Shown piece after piece: positions 36,411 to 50,991 of a stretch of 64,000 nucleotides of DNA. Position 1 is the first letter of the stretch; each line of letters opens with the position of its first letter. Source of the DNA: Camelus dromedarius. Lineage: Eukaryota. The notes beneath the pieces are model-generated. The model was not told the origin of the DNA. It ran no database searches and saw nothing but the letters and a program-made list of their open reading frames with translations. Both the position numbers and the translations under genes were made by a program. The stretch spans positions 94,490,001 through 94,554,000 of the forward strand of contig NC_087472.1 of the NCBI RefSeq assembly GCF_036321535.1. The letters run 5' to 3'.

Positions 36411-39400
36411 ACCTGTTGGTAATTGAAGCAAACAAAACTGCCTGAGTAGTCAGGATCTGGATAATGAGGTTCTAGGAGAGACCTGAGATACTTTTGTTTA
36501 CCAAAACAAAGCTTGAAGAATATGGTTCTAAGTCCTTGAGACTGTTCCATGGTGATGACTGTATACATACAAAGTTGAATTATGTGGTTATGAATAGCCT
36601 GGCTCTGGCAAGTGCAAGAAGTGGTGTGACCTTCTGGCTTACATAGAATCAGCTTCTAGACACAAAAATGAAACCTATAAGGCCATTCTTGGTGTTCTTA
36701 GATGTAATGGCAAGGCATACATTGAAATGTGTATAGAAATCACTTCTGTAGTCAGAACAAAGAATATTTCTTTTGATAGTAGGTCCTTCAGGTGTTTCTT
36801 TTTACCTTTTTTTTTTTTTTTTTTTTGCTTATTTCAGCCAGTGGGTAGATAATAATTAGGCACAGTATCTCCAGTCCTTATACCCTGTGTTCTTCACTAT
36901 TATCATTTCTATTTTATGAGTAAAACTGAGAACCAAAAGGCCTTGATTTCATTTGGCTAATAAGTGATTGGCTTGGTGTCTTCACCCTGAACCCCTCTCA
37001 AAGCCCAACTCCAATAGGATCCAGTTTGTTACCCATTTAGAGAAAATTAGATATCTGAAAAATTACCTAGATAAATTACACAAACCAGTTGGTTGATCAT
37101 CTAAGCTTAGTAGGAGCAAAAGAGAGCCTTTGGTTTTAGCTCTTGCACCCAGTTATCCTTGATTTTAACAAAAATAACAACTGAACATTCGAGTTTGAGT
37201 TCACTTGGATATTCTGTGATATTTTAAATATTTTCATGATTTTGGTAAAGCCATGCTTCATGGGGAGTTTCTTCAGTTCATTTTCCATATTTTTTAGCAC
37301 GAGTTGGTGTTAATTTTACATGCATAGACACCCTGTTGTTTTAGAAAAAAAATTTTGTGAGAATAATTACCTTGCCCTGTTGACAAACTGTTTAGCCTAA
37401 ATAACAGTGCCATGTGCTGAAAAGGACTAGTGAGTCACAGAGAAGTTTTCAGAGGGCTCATTTTTGTTGGATGTATAAGGACTGAAGATTAAAAAAAAAA
37501 AAAAAAAAGACACCAGAGTTGGTGAAGTCAAACAAAGGGGAAACCTAGAGGGAGAGAACTTTAGGACACAGGAAACTACCCCCATTGATTAGGAAACTTA
37601 CAAGCCTTGATATGATATAAATTAAAACAGAGTAACACTTAAGTCATGTTGAGAATTTTAAGACACTGTGATTGAAATAATAATACAAATGAAACATTCT
37701 GGTTAATCGAAGGAGATTTGAGTAAATGGTATGATTTAATTAAAAATAAACAGGTCAACAAGAATAGGTTCTTACTGTTCTTGAGCCTCTTTGAAAATAC
37801 TCTGAAAGATGGGGAGTAGGTGACATTAAGGCAGCAAGATTAAGAAAGAAACATTAATTATTGCTTCTTAATAATACTTGAATTTTACTGATGTGTTTTG
37901 CAGTTTGTTAAAGGCATATCAGACAGGCAGATTTTCAAAGGATTGTCTATAAAATGAAATTCTGAAATATTCTGTTGTTACTTCCCATAATATTGATAAT
38001 TTCTAGTTGTCTCTTTTATAACCCTATCCAAATGACAGTTCACCAATTACTGATGTTCTGAGTGTAAAGGGATGCTGTGATTATAATGAAAGGTTTGCCC
38101 TAGAATGCTTTTGAGTCAAAATAAATAGTATATGGCCCCTTTTATTACCATTAAAGTAGAATCTAGGATGCACTGATAATAAGACTGCATTCAAGATTTC
38201 TCTGTCTTCATGTTAAGAGATATAATCCTGAAAGTGTAAATATGTGACCAGCTGTCTTAAAATAAATCTATTGAATATATTTGATGTTAAATGGATCATT
38301 GCATTTTTCAATGTTTTAATGTATTTCCCTACCTTTTTGATATTATATATCATACATCATGTATATACAAAATATTATACAATGTATTATATATGCCAGA
38401 TGTCTAAAGGAAAATGAAAATTTAGAGAGAACCCCTTGAACACTACATTCCTTTTATGCTCTTCCTTTAAATATTTTTTGTTTTCCGAATTTATTTAAGT
38501 TTATATTTTATATACATCATATTATTGGATTTAGCATTTTATCTAATCTGAAAACTTAATTTTTAATGGGCAAATTCAGCCCCTTTGTACTTCTTGATAT
38601 GTTTCTCTTTTTCTCTCCCTCTGTCATATCTTTTGGAATTTAGAAAATTTGGGATACTTGCAGTAATTAGTTTTGTTGTATAGTCTCCTTGGCCTCCTCA
38701 TTTGGCTGTAATTTATTGGTTCCCAACTAAGAAATTAGTTTTAGCTAATAATATCTTCTTCCTCATCTCTTCCTTTCTCCTAGCATCAGATTTGAAATAG
38801 TCATTTTTCTTTTCTTTAAAATGCTTATTAGGCAATCTATACGTTTATTTTACTTTTCATGTACTCTCCCCATCTCTCTCTGTTTTAGTTGAGATCATCT
38901 GTATTTTCAGAACACAGAGGCCATTACACATTATATTGTCACCCTTATAACCAACCTATAGTCTTAAGTATAGGTAATACTCAATTCTCACTACCGGTCT
39001 CTGTCATTGTCACTCCGGTCATTTGGGATGTCGAAAGTTAATTCTCTTCTAAGTCTCATGGTAAAAATATTTGCTGAGTTGCTTCAAGTTCAAAAGATCG
39101 TCTCTGGCCCTGGACTTAACACTTAAATGTTTAGTGGCTGGATATAAAATTCTTAGCTAACATTTTCTTTACCAAAGTATAATAATGAGACATTTCCATT
39201 GTCTTCTGGAATTATTAGTCTGTGGGAAAGTCTGAAAACAGATTATCTTCCCTCATATGTGACTTAGAACTTTTTGCTTGAACACTCCTCTTTTTTCTTG
39301 TATTCCAATACTTCCACTAAAATTTATGTCAGCGACGACAGCTTTGGTCAATTTTTCTGTGTTATGTTGTGCATTTTGGTTCTTTATCATATCACATTTC

Positions 39401-39624
39401 TTTGATTCCCCCCCTCTTTTTTCCTTTCTTCAATTCTTTATGATCAAGTCCCTTTTTATCTCCTTTCCATAAGGCAGTATTCCTTGCGTTCATTTGCTTT
39501 TCCCTCTAGCTTAGTTTGCATATCTGAAATATTCTTACTTTGTTTATAGTTACTTTGAGTCTTGCTGCTGCTTTTTCTAAATCTTCCTTTTCTCCACTCA
39601 CCTCACTACCAAGTTCTTCTAATT

Positions 39625-40669
39625 CATGAGAAAGTATTTGAAAGGATGCACAATAGCATTAATGATCAGGAAAATGAGGATCAAAACCACAATAAAGCGG
39701 GGAGGGTATAGCTCAGTGGTGGAGTGCACGCCCAGCATGCATGAGGTCCTGGGTTCAGTCCTCAGTCACTCCATTAAAAAATAAATAAATAAGCCTAATT
39801 ACCCCCCCCACAACAAAATTTTTAAAATAAATATAAGTAAATTAAAAAAAAAGTTTTTAAATGCAATGAGATATCACCTCACACCTGGTACAGTGGCTAC
39901 TGTCAAAAAAGACGAGATAAATACTGACAAGGAGGTAGAGAAAAGGGAACCCTTGTGCACTGTTGGTGGGGATATAAATTGTTAAAGCCAGTGTGGAGGT
40001 TACTCAGAAAATTACGAATAGAACTATCCTATGATCCAGCCATCCCACTTCTGCACGTATACCCAAAGGAAATGAAATTACTATCTGGAAGAGATAAGGG
40101 CACTCCATGTTCATTGCAGCATTATTCTCAATAGCCAAGATAAGGAAGTATCCACGGACCGATGAATGGATAAAGAAAATGTGTATATATGCAATGAAAA
40201 GAAAATCCTGCCATTTGCGGCAACACAGATGGACCTTGAGGGCATTATGCTAAGTGAAGTAAATCAGAGAAAACGAATACTGTATGATCTCACTTACACG
40301 TAGAATCTAAAAAAAGCTAAACTCATAGAAACAGATGATAGAATGGTGAATGTCAGGGACTGGGGGTTGGGGGAAATGAGAAGTTGATCCAAGTTACAAA
40401 CTTCCTGTTACAGGATAAATAATTTTGGGGTATCTAATATGCAGAGTGGTAACAATAGTTGACGATACTTGATTGTTGCTAAGAGTACATCTAAACTGTT
40501 CGCACCATAAAAAAAAATGATCATGTACGGTGATAAATGTGTTAATCTTATTATGGTAAACATAATACAGTATATATATATCAGATTATCACATTGTATG
40601 ATCATCATATTGTATACCTCAAACTTTCAACGATGTATGTCAGTTGTATGTCAATAAAGCTGAAAAAAA
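39625..40669 (+). mobile_element. L1 3' end containing a SINE
   Basis: GAACTATCCTATGATCCAGCCATCCCACTTCTG..GATGAATGGATAAAGAAAATGTG..CAATAAAGCTGAAAAAAA. Confidence 0.85.
39699..39852 (+). mobile_element. tRNA-derived SINE (Vic-1 type)
   Basis: GGGGAGGGTATAGCTCAGTGGTGGAGTGCACGCCCAGCATGCATGAGGTCCTGGGTTCAG. Confidence 0.9.
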
Positions 40670-41999
40670 TTTCTGATTGAAATATAAGTTGCTTTTTAAA
40701 AATCTAGTTTGTCAGCATACATTTCTGTTGTACCTTGAGTGTCTATAAAACATTATTTTGTTCCTTATCTTTTTTATATGCTAATTTTGTATGGGAATCT
40801 ATTTGGGAGGGGGGCAGGGTGGATTTTGAAATCAAAATTCTCTTTGTGCTTTAAGAGGGTAAATTGAATTAGGCAGGATAGCTTTTCTAACTTCATCATT
40901 CTAGTGTTGGCTCTTCTACTGTTTTCATGAATTAACAATAAATTCTGTTTCATATATTCTGGAATCTGCTTCCTCTGTTCCACTCATTACATTTTATTTG
41001 AAACTTCCCTTTTTTTTGCTCCTACTGTTTCTGTCCTCCTTAATTTGGATTCTACTACCAGTAATTTCTCCTCGGTGATGGGCTTTATTCTGGTAGAAAG
41101 TTTGTTTAAGCAGTTGACAGTGCTCACAAACACTATAACACCTTCATTTCTTCAGTTGCTTTACATTCAGTCATAAATTTAAGGATATGGAAATATGAAC
41201 AGATGCATGACATTTATAATCTTGTTCCCTTTCAGTATATCCAGTCTTTTATTACTATATGTAATGTGAAAATGTTCTAAATGCCACCTTGTTAATAGCT
41301 GTGCTAAGACACTGCATATTCAGTGTAGGCATCCAAAGATCATTTAATATTTGAAATTTGTAAATTTTAAAAAGGTCTTAGAAATATTTTCATTATGGAG
41401 CAACATGGCCCTTGTTTCAATCATGTGTTGAGGATCAAAAATATTGATAATTAAAATTTAGTTATTCTGTGTTTGAGAGTCAATGTGTGATGAAGTTAGA
41501 GTAAAATGTTAGATAAAATTATCTTAAGTACACTTTGGTATTATCTCCTAAGGAATCTTTCCCCAAAGTGCTACCCAGTCAGTATCAATTCTGGAAATTT
41601 GCTACTTAAAAGTATAGCCAGATTGGAGGTGAGTGTGAAGAGACCAGACGAAATGTGTGTGACAAGAGGGTTGTTCTGGATGACTTTTTAATTGAACTGA
41701 AACTTCCCCTGTCCCAAATGTTCTTCGGAAGAAAGCAAGAGGAATGTCTTAGTAGCTCATAACAAATGCTCATTGGTTAATGTATTTTGTTGCAAAGACC
41801 AAGTGTTATTTTTGTTTTCGTCTTTATTGTTTTTTGGGGTTTTTTTAAGTATGTTTTACTTTGATGTATCTATCTATTCTCAGGTATTTCTAAATGGGCT
41901 TAGAAGATTAGCTTCATTTCCAGGATATTTCTGCAGTGATTCAGGTAAGGAAAACTCTTTAAGTTGAAAGAGTTAATATACCTAGTATACTCTGGATAC

Positions 42000-43075
42000 G
42001 AGATTTTTTTGATTTGTGTATTGCAAATGTTTTTATTTCTTTTTTGTTTAGTACATTTATTGTCTGTCCATATCTGCCTTTATCTAGGCTGCAAAGATCT
42101 TGTTTTTTAGGAGCTTTATAGTTTTAGCTCTGTCTATGATTCATCTTGAATTCATTTTTGTGTGTGAGTAGAGGTTGAGGCTCATATTTTCCCTGATGGA
42201 TATTCAGTTGTTGCATCACCATTTGTTGACCGGATATTTCTTTCCCCAGTGAATTGCGTTGATACTTTTGTCAAAATCAGTTCATCTACCTGTGTGTCTG
42301 TTTCTGGACTTTGTTCTTTTGATCTAATTGTATAACTTCAGATAAATACCACTCTGCCTTGACTACTGAAGCTTTATAATCAGTCTTGAAATCTTACACG
42401 ACAATGGCAACTTTGACTTGACTTTTCAAAATTGTTTTGGCTATGCTAGATCCTTAGCATTCCCTTTCAGTAGAGCCCACTGAGATACTCATTGGGATTG
42501 TGCTGCATTCATAGATCAATGTAGAGAAAAAGGACTTACTAGCAATATTGAGTGTTCAAATATTTAAACTTCATATAGATTCCGTTTATTTAGCTTTGCT
42601 TTAACTTAGTGTAGAGGAGTGGCATATCTTTTGTTAAATTTATTCTCAGTATTTACGTTTTATGTCATTTAAAATAGAATGGTTCTTTTTATTTTCCAAG
42701 TTTTTCTTTCATGTAGAAATTTATGTTTATATATATTTTGTATCTTACATATTAGGATGAAAGCTACTTTTTAAACCTCATAGGATTTTTAAGACTCCTT
42801 AGGACATTATATGTAGACAAGGAGGTTGTTTGTGAATAAACACAATTTTGCTTATTGTTTGACAGATGTTACAGCTGTGTTATTTCATTTTCTTGCCCTA
42901 CTGCACTTGTTATGACTTGCAGTACAGTGTTTAATGAAAGTGGGAAGAGAAGGTTTCTTGTTCTTTTCCTGAGTTTTGTAAGAAAGTGTTCAATATAGCA
43001 TGATTAAGATATAGTTGTAAATACTTCATATGCGTCCTTTATCAGATTGAGATACTTTAAAAAATTTTAAAGAAT
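42000..43075 (-). mobile_element. Old L1 ORF2 fragment
   Basis: GATATTCAGTTGTTGCATCACCATTTGTTGA and CCTTTATCAGATTGAG motifs. Confidence 0.7.
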
Positions 43076-44689
43076 CATGCGCCCTCTTCTAGGAGTAAAA
43101 AAAAGCAGCTATTCACAAGAGTTCAAGAGGACTCTATAAGATATTTTAGACAATCCAGCAGAGATGAAAAGCCTAGCTACAGTATCATTAATTGATAGTC
43201 CAAGATATGTATTCTTCAGTACACCTTTTTAATAAACACTAATACAAAATTCTGTACTTCACAGTATATGTTCTATAACAAACCCACAATGTAGCCACAA
43301 TTAGATACAAGCAAATAAATATTTTTTTCCTGAATGTGATGTTACAAGTATTCTGTATTTAAAATGGTGATATATCCTTACAAAGTATGAGTTAAATAAA
43401 AACAACTTAAATAAAAATATTTCTCCACTGAAATAACTTATCCTGCAAACAGATTATCTAAATATTGTTTTAAAATTACCTTCAAAAATTATAGTTGCAG
43501 CTTAGTTACTGGATAGTAGGCATTTGCTTTCTTCATACCCAGGCCTTGTAAGATTTATGTTGTGATATAATGTGAATATTTAATACTCAACTGTGATTTA
43601 ACTAACATTTATTACTGTAATTTTGTGAATGTTTAATATTTAAGTAGGTAAATTAGCCTCGTGAGTTAAACTATATTTTTAGCACATCTTCATATATATT
43701 AAAAACAAAAACTCAAGACAATTCATAATCAAAAACATTTATTAGCATGATTCCTTAGGCTCCACCTAGAGTATTCCCTACCAGGGATCCCCTCAAAGGA
43801 TAAATAAATAGTAGCCAAAGTTTTCATTGCTTTCCTACATATGTCTAAATAAGAAGAATGGAAAATCACATGTAACACGTAGGAGATCAGGCTAATGCGA
43901 CACGCCTGGGAGGAAGAAAAATTAAACTCACCCTATCAACAAAAATCACAGGACAGCCCTATACTCAGTCTGTATCAAGAGCTACTGCTACAACTAGGAA
44001 ACTCGTAGCAGCCAACAGTTTAAACTTGGGCGAATGAAGGAAACATACTGCGAGAAAAATTACCTCCACTTATCCAAACCACACTTAACTCTCTAGTTCT
44101 TTTAGACAGATGCTGAGTTCACGTACGACCCAAACTCATGCAAGAAACATCCGAAGAGCAAAATCAAACTTCCTTATTCTCATAAAAACAAAATCGAGTG
44201 GGTGGTTAGCTAGGTACCTGGAGAAGGTAAAATAATCAGAGAGGAGCAAATGTTAAAGGATTCAGTGTGAAGAAGTTGAAGCAAACCAAATGAGGCGGGT
44301 AATGATTTTTAATAGAAATGCTTAGGCAGGCCTAATGTCGCTTATCCCGATCTGGGCAATCCAGATAGCACAACCATGATGTAATTAGAATGAAAAAAAT
44401 CCATATTGTTTGACTTTGTTTTTAATACCGTAATTCATTTAATCTTTTTATTCTACACATGTCTACTGTGTGACTACATTGTGGAGACTTTCTACAGTGC
44501 CACTGAAATCATCAGGGGAACAACATGGAGTGGCTTATGCTCCCCACACCAGTTATAATACTGAGGCCTAACTGTTGGCACAGGACAGCCTGTAACTGCA
44601 TTGAGGCCAAGTGGTGAGCATCACCCCAGTGCCTGGATGTCAGGGGCTGACTTTCTTTGGCTTATTAGCAAGAAGGCCAATTGGCTGCA

Positions 44690-45360
44690 GTTGAGTAGAA
44701 TGTAATGTCAAGGGGAGTCTCAGAGGACCAGATTGTATAGAACCTTGTAGATCAGGAGAAGGGTTTTGTTTCTATTCTGAGAGAAATGACAAGCCTGGGA
44801 AGAGAAGGTTTAGTGAGTACGGGAGATTGGGAGTTCAGTTTTTAACCTAACATGTTTGAAATGCCTATTTAGACATTCAAATCCAGATGTCAAGTGGGCA
44901 GTTAAATAAATGAGTCTGATGTTCAGAGGATATATAAATTGGAGAGTTACCAACCTGAGCCTGTTTGAGATTACGTAGCACAGAGACAGAAGTAATCCAA
45001 AGACCGAGCGCTAAGACACTCCATCACTAGAGGATGGGAAGTTAAGAGAACTGGTAAAGGAAGAATTAGGCAGAGGGTAGGAGGAGAACCCAGAGTAAGA
45101 GGTGTCTGTGAAGTGAAAACAATGAGAAGAATGTCAAATACAGTGTCAATGCTCCTGGTAAATCTAGTAATTTAAGAACTGAGAATTGGCCAATAAATAT
45201 GCTAATATTGAGGTCATTTGTGACCTTCTCAAGTAAGTTTTTGTTACAGCAACCCCAAATCCTGTTTGGCATAAAAGCAAGAAAGAATTGGAGGAAAGGA
45301 AGTATAAGCAGCAAGTATAGTCAATTTTTCAAGGCTGCATGTTGCAAAAGCTAGCAGTTA
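44690..45360. mobile_element. L2 fragment
   Basis: GAGTTCAGTTTT..TTTGAAATGCCTATTTAGACAT..GATGTCAAGTGGGCAGTT; GAGGTCATTTGTGACCTT. Confidence 0.7.
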
Positions 45361-48300
45361 GGTGATGCTCTTGCATATTCTGTTGCAATTAGAAGTATCT
45401 CATAGAGTGGGAGAAAAGAATAATATAGAGTTAAGAAAACCGCAGGAAAAAAAGATGATTTTATGCATTTCAGGAAGCGTTAGCCTTAACCAGGACCACA
45501 GAAATTCATTCATACTAACGAGAGAAGTCCGAGTACACTGGCATTTATTTGGAAATAAAGATCACCAGGAATTATGAAAGGAGCAGTTTTAGAGACAGAG
45601 TGAGCCAGCTGCTGACTGTGTTAAATGATAAAGGAGGTGCCGAGATGCACGAATGCCAGCCTTAAGGAGGGAATAATAGGAAGCGATATGTCAGTGGTAC
45701 TTACCTTTAAAGATAAAGTCTCCAGAGATAAGGAGTAGCAGTACAATTGCCTGGAAGTGGCAGTAAGAAACAACACAGACACTGGCCCTACTTCTAGGCA
45801 CAGTGGTAAGATAACAAACTCTTGAAGACTACATGGGGGGCAGTATCCTTAGAGGAGTATGTCCTTCTCGTAAGAGGAAGAACATTTAGTAAAGATGAGA
45901 TTTTCCAGGAAACAGAGTGAACGGTGTTGAATGTTGGAGAGGGTTGATAACAGTGTAAAATTAGAGGATGCCCAGGATGTATGGAATGAGTTCCTGGTAG
46001 TGGGAAGTAAGTTAGAGGTCTTGGGTTTCTTCTTACTGAGTATATAAGGATTGTGAGAGTCCCTAGTGATGGCCTTCCTGGTAGTTTATTTTCTGGGAAG
46101 GTGGTAGTTTTCCACACTCACTTCTCCTGAGATGGGTGGGGTCAGAACGAGGCTGTTGAGCGGTGTTACAAGGAGTAGGGGCTGGGGTGTGTTTCAGTTA
46201 CTTTTAGTTGTGCAGTTCTCTTGAGATACTTGAAACTAAAGTCTCATTGTTCTTTTTGGTGAAAAAAGTTATTACTGGCATTAAATGATGTGTTTTGTTT
46301 TTCAGATAAGTGTTTAATACATAATCTGGCACATAGTATAGATGTTCATTAGCTAGTGGCTTTTAGATATTATTGTAACTGCTGACAATGATTAAAAGGG
46401 GTTGATATTTAGTGAGCTTTTTTGGTTATTAAAATGTTCAGATAGGCCTAAAATAGCATGTTCTAGAAAAGCAAATGAATGTAGTTTCTGATGATGTATG
46501 CAGCATTAAAAATATGTGTTTATGGATTTATTGACTAATCTGCTTCTCAGGGTGCCTTTTTAAAGCTTTTCAAAAAGCATGCCTTTGATGTAACTGTAAT
46601 AGGTCTTATAACTAATAATAATTCTGGATACTGATGTAGTTTTCTCAGTGAATCAAGAAGGCGATGTATCAGTAAGCCCTCTGAGGTCTAAAAAAAGCCA
46701 TTTCTGGCAACAGCACAGCCTTTAAAACCCAGTATTTGGTTATTCAGTCCAGCATGTTTGATGATATTGACTCTGTGGCTTTAATTTGATCGATAGGAAA
46801 TTGAAGACAAGAATGTTCTCATTTACTGATTCTAATGAGAAATGAAACTTCTCAAAGGTGGGAAACTAAATATAGTCTATTAATTTAGAAACCTTTGATA
46901 GGCAGTGATCTCTCTCTGTCTGCCCAGTCATTTAGTCCTAAGCATTTAGGCCCTGACAAATAGTTTCCCAAACTGAGTATGAATAGAAATGATGGGATTG
47001 CCCTGCTTTCTTGAAACAATAACCTTTATAAATGCATAACAAACTTTGCCAATCTTTCTGTTTTTCTTTTTGGAACAATTTATCATATTTGTCATGTTTC
47101 TAGCCATGGTTGCCTAGTTTTTGAATCCACAGAAACGATAGACTTTAGACTCAAAAAGATCTTAGCTTTTTTAACAAAAGAAAATAAAACCATTAGGTGG
47201 ATTTTTTTATGAATACTAGAAACCTGAACAGAAGATGAACCACATAGTCACGGTTAATAACTGTCATCATCAGCATGAAAATATATCATGATTTCTTCCG
47301 GTTACACTTTGCACAGCACAGCGCTTGGGATTATACTCGGGACTTGCACCCACACCGTCTCTGCTACTCATCCACTGAGGCATGTGTTATTACTGTGATA
47401 GTACAGATCACAAAACTCATGCTCAAAGATGGAGTGATAATGCTGAAAGTTTCACGGAGAGCTGAAAAGTGAGGCTAGAATTTGCTTCAAGGACTTTGTT
47501 TGCAAAGGCCATGCCTTTACCACAAGGTTATGATTTGGAAAATTCCACTTGTTTCCCACGTAACACCACTATCTCCAGCCCTACCTGAGCAAGTTCCGTA
47601 ACGTAGTTCCAAGGGACAACGTGTAAATTCTTCCTTTGAGGGGTTTTCTTTTTGTAAAATTGACACTTACACACGCCATCACCACTTTGAGCCATTATCA
47701 TTTAGAAAAAGGAAGGCTACGTGCCATGTATCTAAATATCTAAAAGATGTAAATCAAGCCATATAGTAAAGAAAATATATTATGCTTCTATGTTAATATG
47801 CTTTCATATCAATGAAATTGAAAAATAGGTGCAAAGCTATGTTTTTGTAAGACTTAAAATGAGTGAAATATTAAGGATGACTAAGTATTATTTTATACAC
47901 TTCTGGGTGTTCTTGTAATGGGGATGAGGAGTTCTGGACTTAGAGTTATTATGTAGTTACTTAACAGTTTAGTTTTCTTGCTTTTATTTCAGCTTAATAC
48001 AGCATAAAATCTTTTTCATAATTTGAGTGAATAGAAAGTTGTGCTGTCAGATACAGTAGCCAGTAACCACAACACATGATTATTCAAATTTGGAGAATCC
48101 CGCCCTAATTCATTTGTCCCTCTGGAACCATAAGTTGGAACATTCAACGAAGCAAAAGATGGGTACTTTGATCTAGTACTTGGAGATTATATTTCAACAG
48201 GCAGAACCTATTTGCATTCATGCTGAGGGAAAGAATTTAACAAGTTAATTAATTAGTCTTTTCTCTTCCTTAAATGCTTCTGCCACTCAAATCTTCCCCA

Positions 48301-49743
48301 AACTCTGAAGCAGTATGCATCTTTCACATTGGCAGTGGCTCACCTCTTAAACCTTCATGGCATTTGGATGCAGTAATTTTTTTTCTTTTTTTCTTTTTTT
48401 TTAGGAAAAGATCTGGGAGGAAGGGTTTCCCTGGGGCCTGAACAGAGTTTGAGAGCAGGTGTTGAGGGTGTATAAGTTATTCTGTGCTAGCACTCAGCAT
48501 CAGACCTTGCGTAAAAGAGCCACCCAGATGTGATACAATCGCATGTCTATGACAACTGGGACCCAGCCAGAGTCCTAGGTCTTCTTGCCCAGATGTAAGG
48601 GTGGTACTGCACTATGAACCTTCCAACAGCGGCATACTGGTACCTTTGTCTACCTTCAGTTTTCTGAATTTTAGGTCCCTCTGCTTATGAAATCCTATTT
48701 GTAACCTTCTAGCTCTAAAACAGTACTATTTTTCAAGGTCAGATACAAACATCAACTTTTAATCCTTACCAGAAGCAATCATGTCTTCTGAATTCTTGGG
48801 CCACTGATGCCTCAAGTTTACCTTTGGCCCTGGAGGAGTCCCAGGTGGTAGGATTCAGGAACTTCCCCAGCCATCTTGAGTGAGAGGAGTTGTGGTTTTT
48901 TATTTTATTTTTTATTTGTTGGTCTTTTGCAGTTGAGACATCCATTTAGGTTATTTGAAGAAAATAAAAAAATCACAAACCCCTGTAATTTATATCTTTA
49001 GTAATTAATACATGCTTATTATATATCCCATCATGTCCTACATTACTAGTACTCCCATCAGGAAGAGAACAGTGAAAATTCATCACTTGTTCACTCAAAT
49101 ATGCGTGTATTTCTTACTGAATAATACACTTATCTCTCCATCCAGCACTCATACTCGCACATGTCAAACAGTTTGCTTCCTGTGACTCCCTAAAGGCAAA
49201 AGTAGACAGGAGCAAAGTTAGAGGAGTTCTGAGCACCAGCGTCATCCAAGTCACATGCTGTGATTTGATGTCTCTTCAAAGAGGGTCTCACTGCCGGAAG
49301 AGAATGACACGGAAGGTGATTAGTGAGAAATTAGGGAGGACATTTTACAGATCCATGCTCTGACCAGGCAGATGTGGACTACTGTTTACAGGTCAAAGCA
49401 GGGTTCCAACTTGACCTTGCTATCTGGCCAGCAGCCCATGTTGCAACTCCTCCCAATCACATGCCGATGCAACTCTCATAGCGGGAGAAACCAAACCAAA
49501 TCAAACCAAACCACGCATGTGAAAATATGAAAACTCACTACATTGAAATTAGTACTAACTGTCAAACTATTGCCAAAATCCTAACTTTAAGAAAACAATC
49601 CTTTTTTTCCCCCTTAGTGCATTGGTTTTAAATCTCTACTGTAATAAATTATCCTTCTGATTATCTATAATGATGTGTACCTTGTTCTATGTATTTCTTA
49701 GCTACATTTTCTTCACAGGCGACCTAAAGCAACCCTTGTAAAG

Positions 49744-49938
49744 TAGGCTTGCCAGGTAAACCACAGGAGGCCCAGTTAAATCTCAACCATTGTTATCTCA
49801 CAATGGATACTTGTGTAGTATAAGTTCATTCTCAAATATTTCATGGGACATAATTACATTAAGCATATGCATTGTTAATTTTTTAATTTAAATTTAATTG
49901 AGTGTCTTGTATTTTGATTTGCTACATCCTGTAATCCT
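49744..49938. mobile_element. MER53-like palindromic hAT MITE
   Basis: TAGGCTTGCCAGGTAAACCACAGGAGGCCCAGTTAAAT ... GTCTTGTATTTTGATTTGCTACATCCTGTAATCCTA imperfect inverted ends. Confidence 0.7.
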
Positions 49939-50361
49939 ATTTGTGAGTTGAGACTTTCCCTTTCTTCCTCTTTATACTTTTGTTAGTCTGATTAATACTT
50001 ATTTTTTAGTTCCAGAGGGGGAGCTATGGAGTAGATTCTTTTCCTTCTAGCCTAGAGATTTGAAATCACGGCTATGTATTTGAACCGAGGAAAGAAATTC
50101 AATTTCAAAATGCCTGACCAGGAACCACCTAGGTCTGGGATGAGATCCAGGTATTTGTATTTCTAAAAGCTCCTAAGATCACAGTAATACACAACCATTA
50201 TATCGAGAACCACTCATGGAACTTAATGGCATCCTCCTGCCCACCTAAGACCTGGTAGATAAGAAACAAGATGTTCCCCAGCTAAAGAAGGAACTAAAGG
50301 TTATAATTTCCAAATACCATGTAGGAGTTGGCCCAAACTGACAGCAGAAAACTATTGATCA

Positions 50362-50991
50362 TGTAGAGGAACAAAATTTGCCAACCTAAAATGTCCCTTT
50401 GGCTAGTTGAAAACAATTAAGGCCCCTAAGATTCAGGATGTCTTTCTTTTTCCTCCCCCTTTGCTGCCTAAAGAATGGATTATTTCAAGCTAAAAACAAT
50501 TAAGGCCCAAAAGACTCAGGAAGAAACTTTGACCCTCCCCATAACTGCCAGAAAGAATGTAGACAGAGGTCCTGTTCCAGGAAGGGAGCCATCCCCATAG
50601 ACAACTATAGTATGAACCCTATATGTAGACAGGGAGGAGCCTGGCAGTCTGTCTGTTAAAAATTCCTCTGTCTCATTTTTTCTGCATAGCACAGCAAATG
50701 TGTTTACCAAAGATTTGCTTTCCAGCTTCATATGAATTGCCTTCCTCCCCTTTGAAATCCCAAACCACTACCCTCAACATCCTTTTTTGTCTTGAGCTGA
50801 AGACGATATTCAAGGTAAGGATTCTGGCCAACTTGGGGAGTGACTCAGTTTTTTTCCCAGGTCTCTCCTATGTCTACATGTTATTAAACTTTTGTGCGAT
50901 TTTCTCCTGTTAATCTGTGTCATGTCAGCTGAATTCGTAGACCAGCCAGAAGAACCTAGAAGGGCAGAGGGAAATTTCTTCCTCTCTAACA
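50362..50991 (+). mobile_element. Solo ERV1-class LTR, same family as 14750-15302, with internal tandem duplication
   Basis: TG...CA termini, ATTAAA at ~50883, reverse-complement similarity to 14750-15302; no clear TSD. Confidence 0.85.

Larger units (their letters stand above)
38520..41150 (-). mobile_element. Very old L1 5'/ORF1-region fragments flanking a younger L1
   Basis: TGGCTGGATATAAAATTCTTAG, CCATTGTCTTCTGG and GAAAGTCTGA motifs. Confidence 0.5.
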
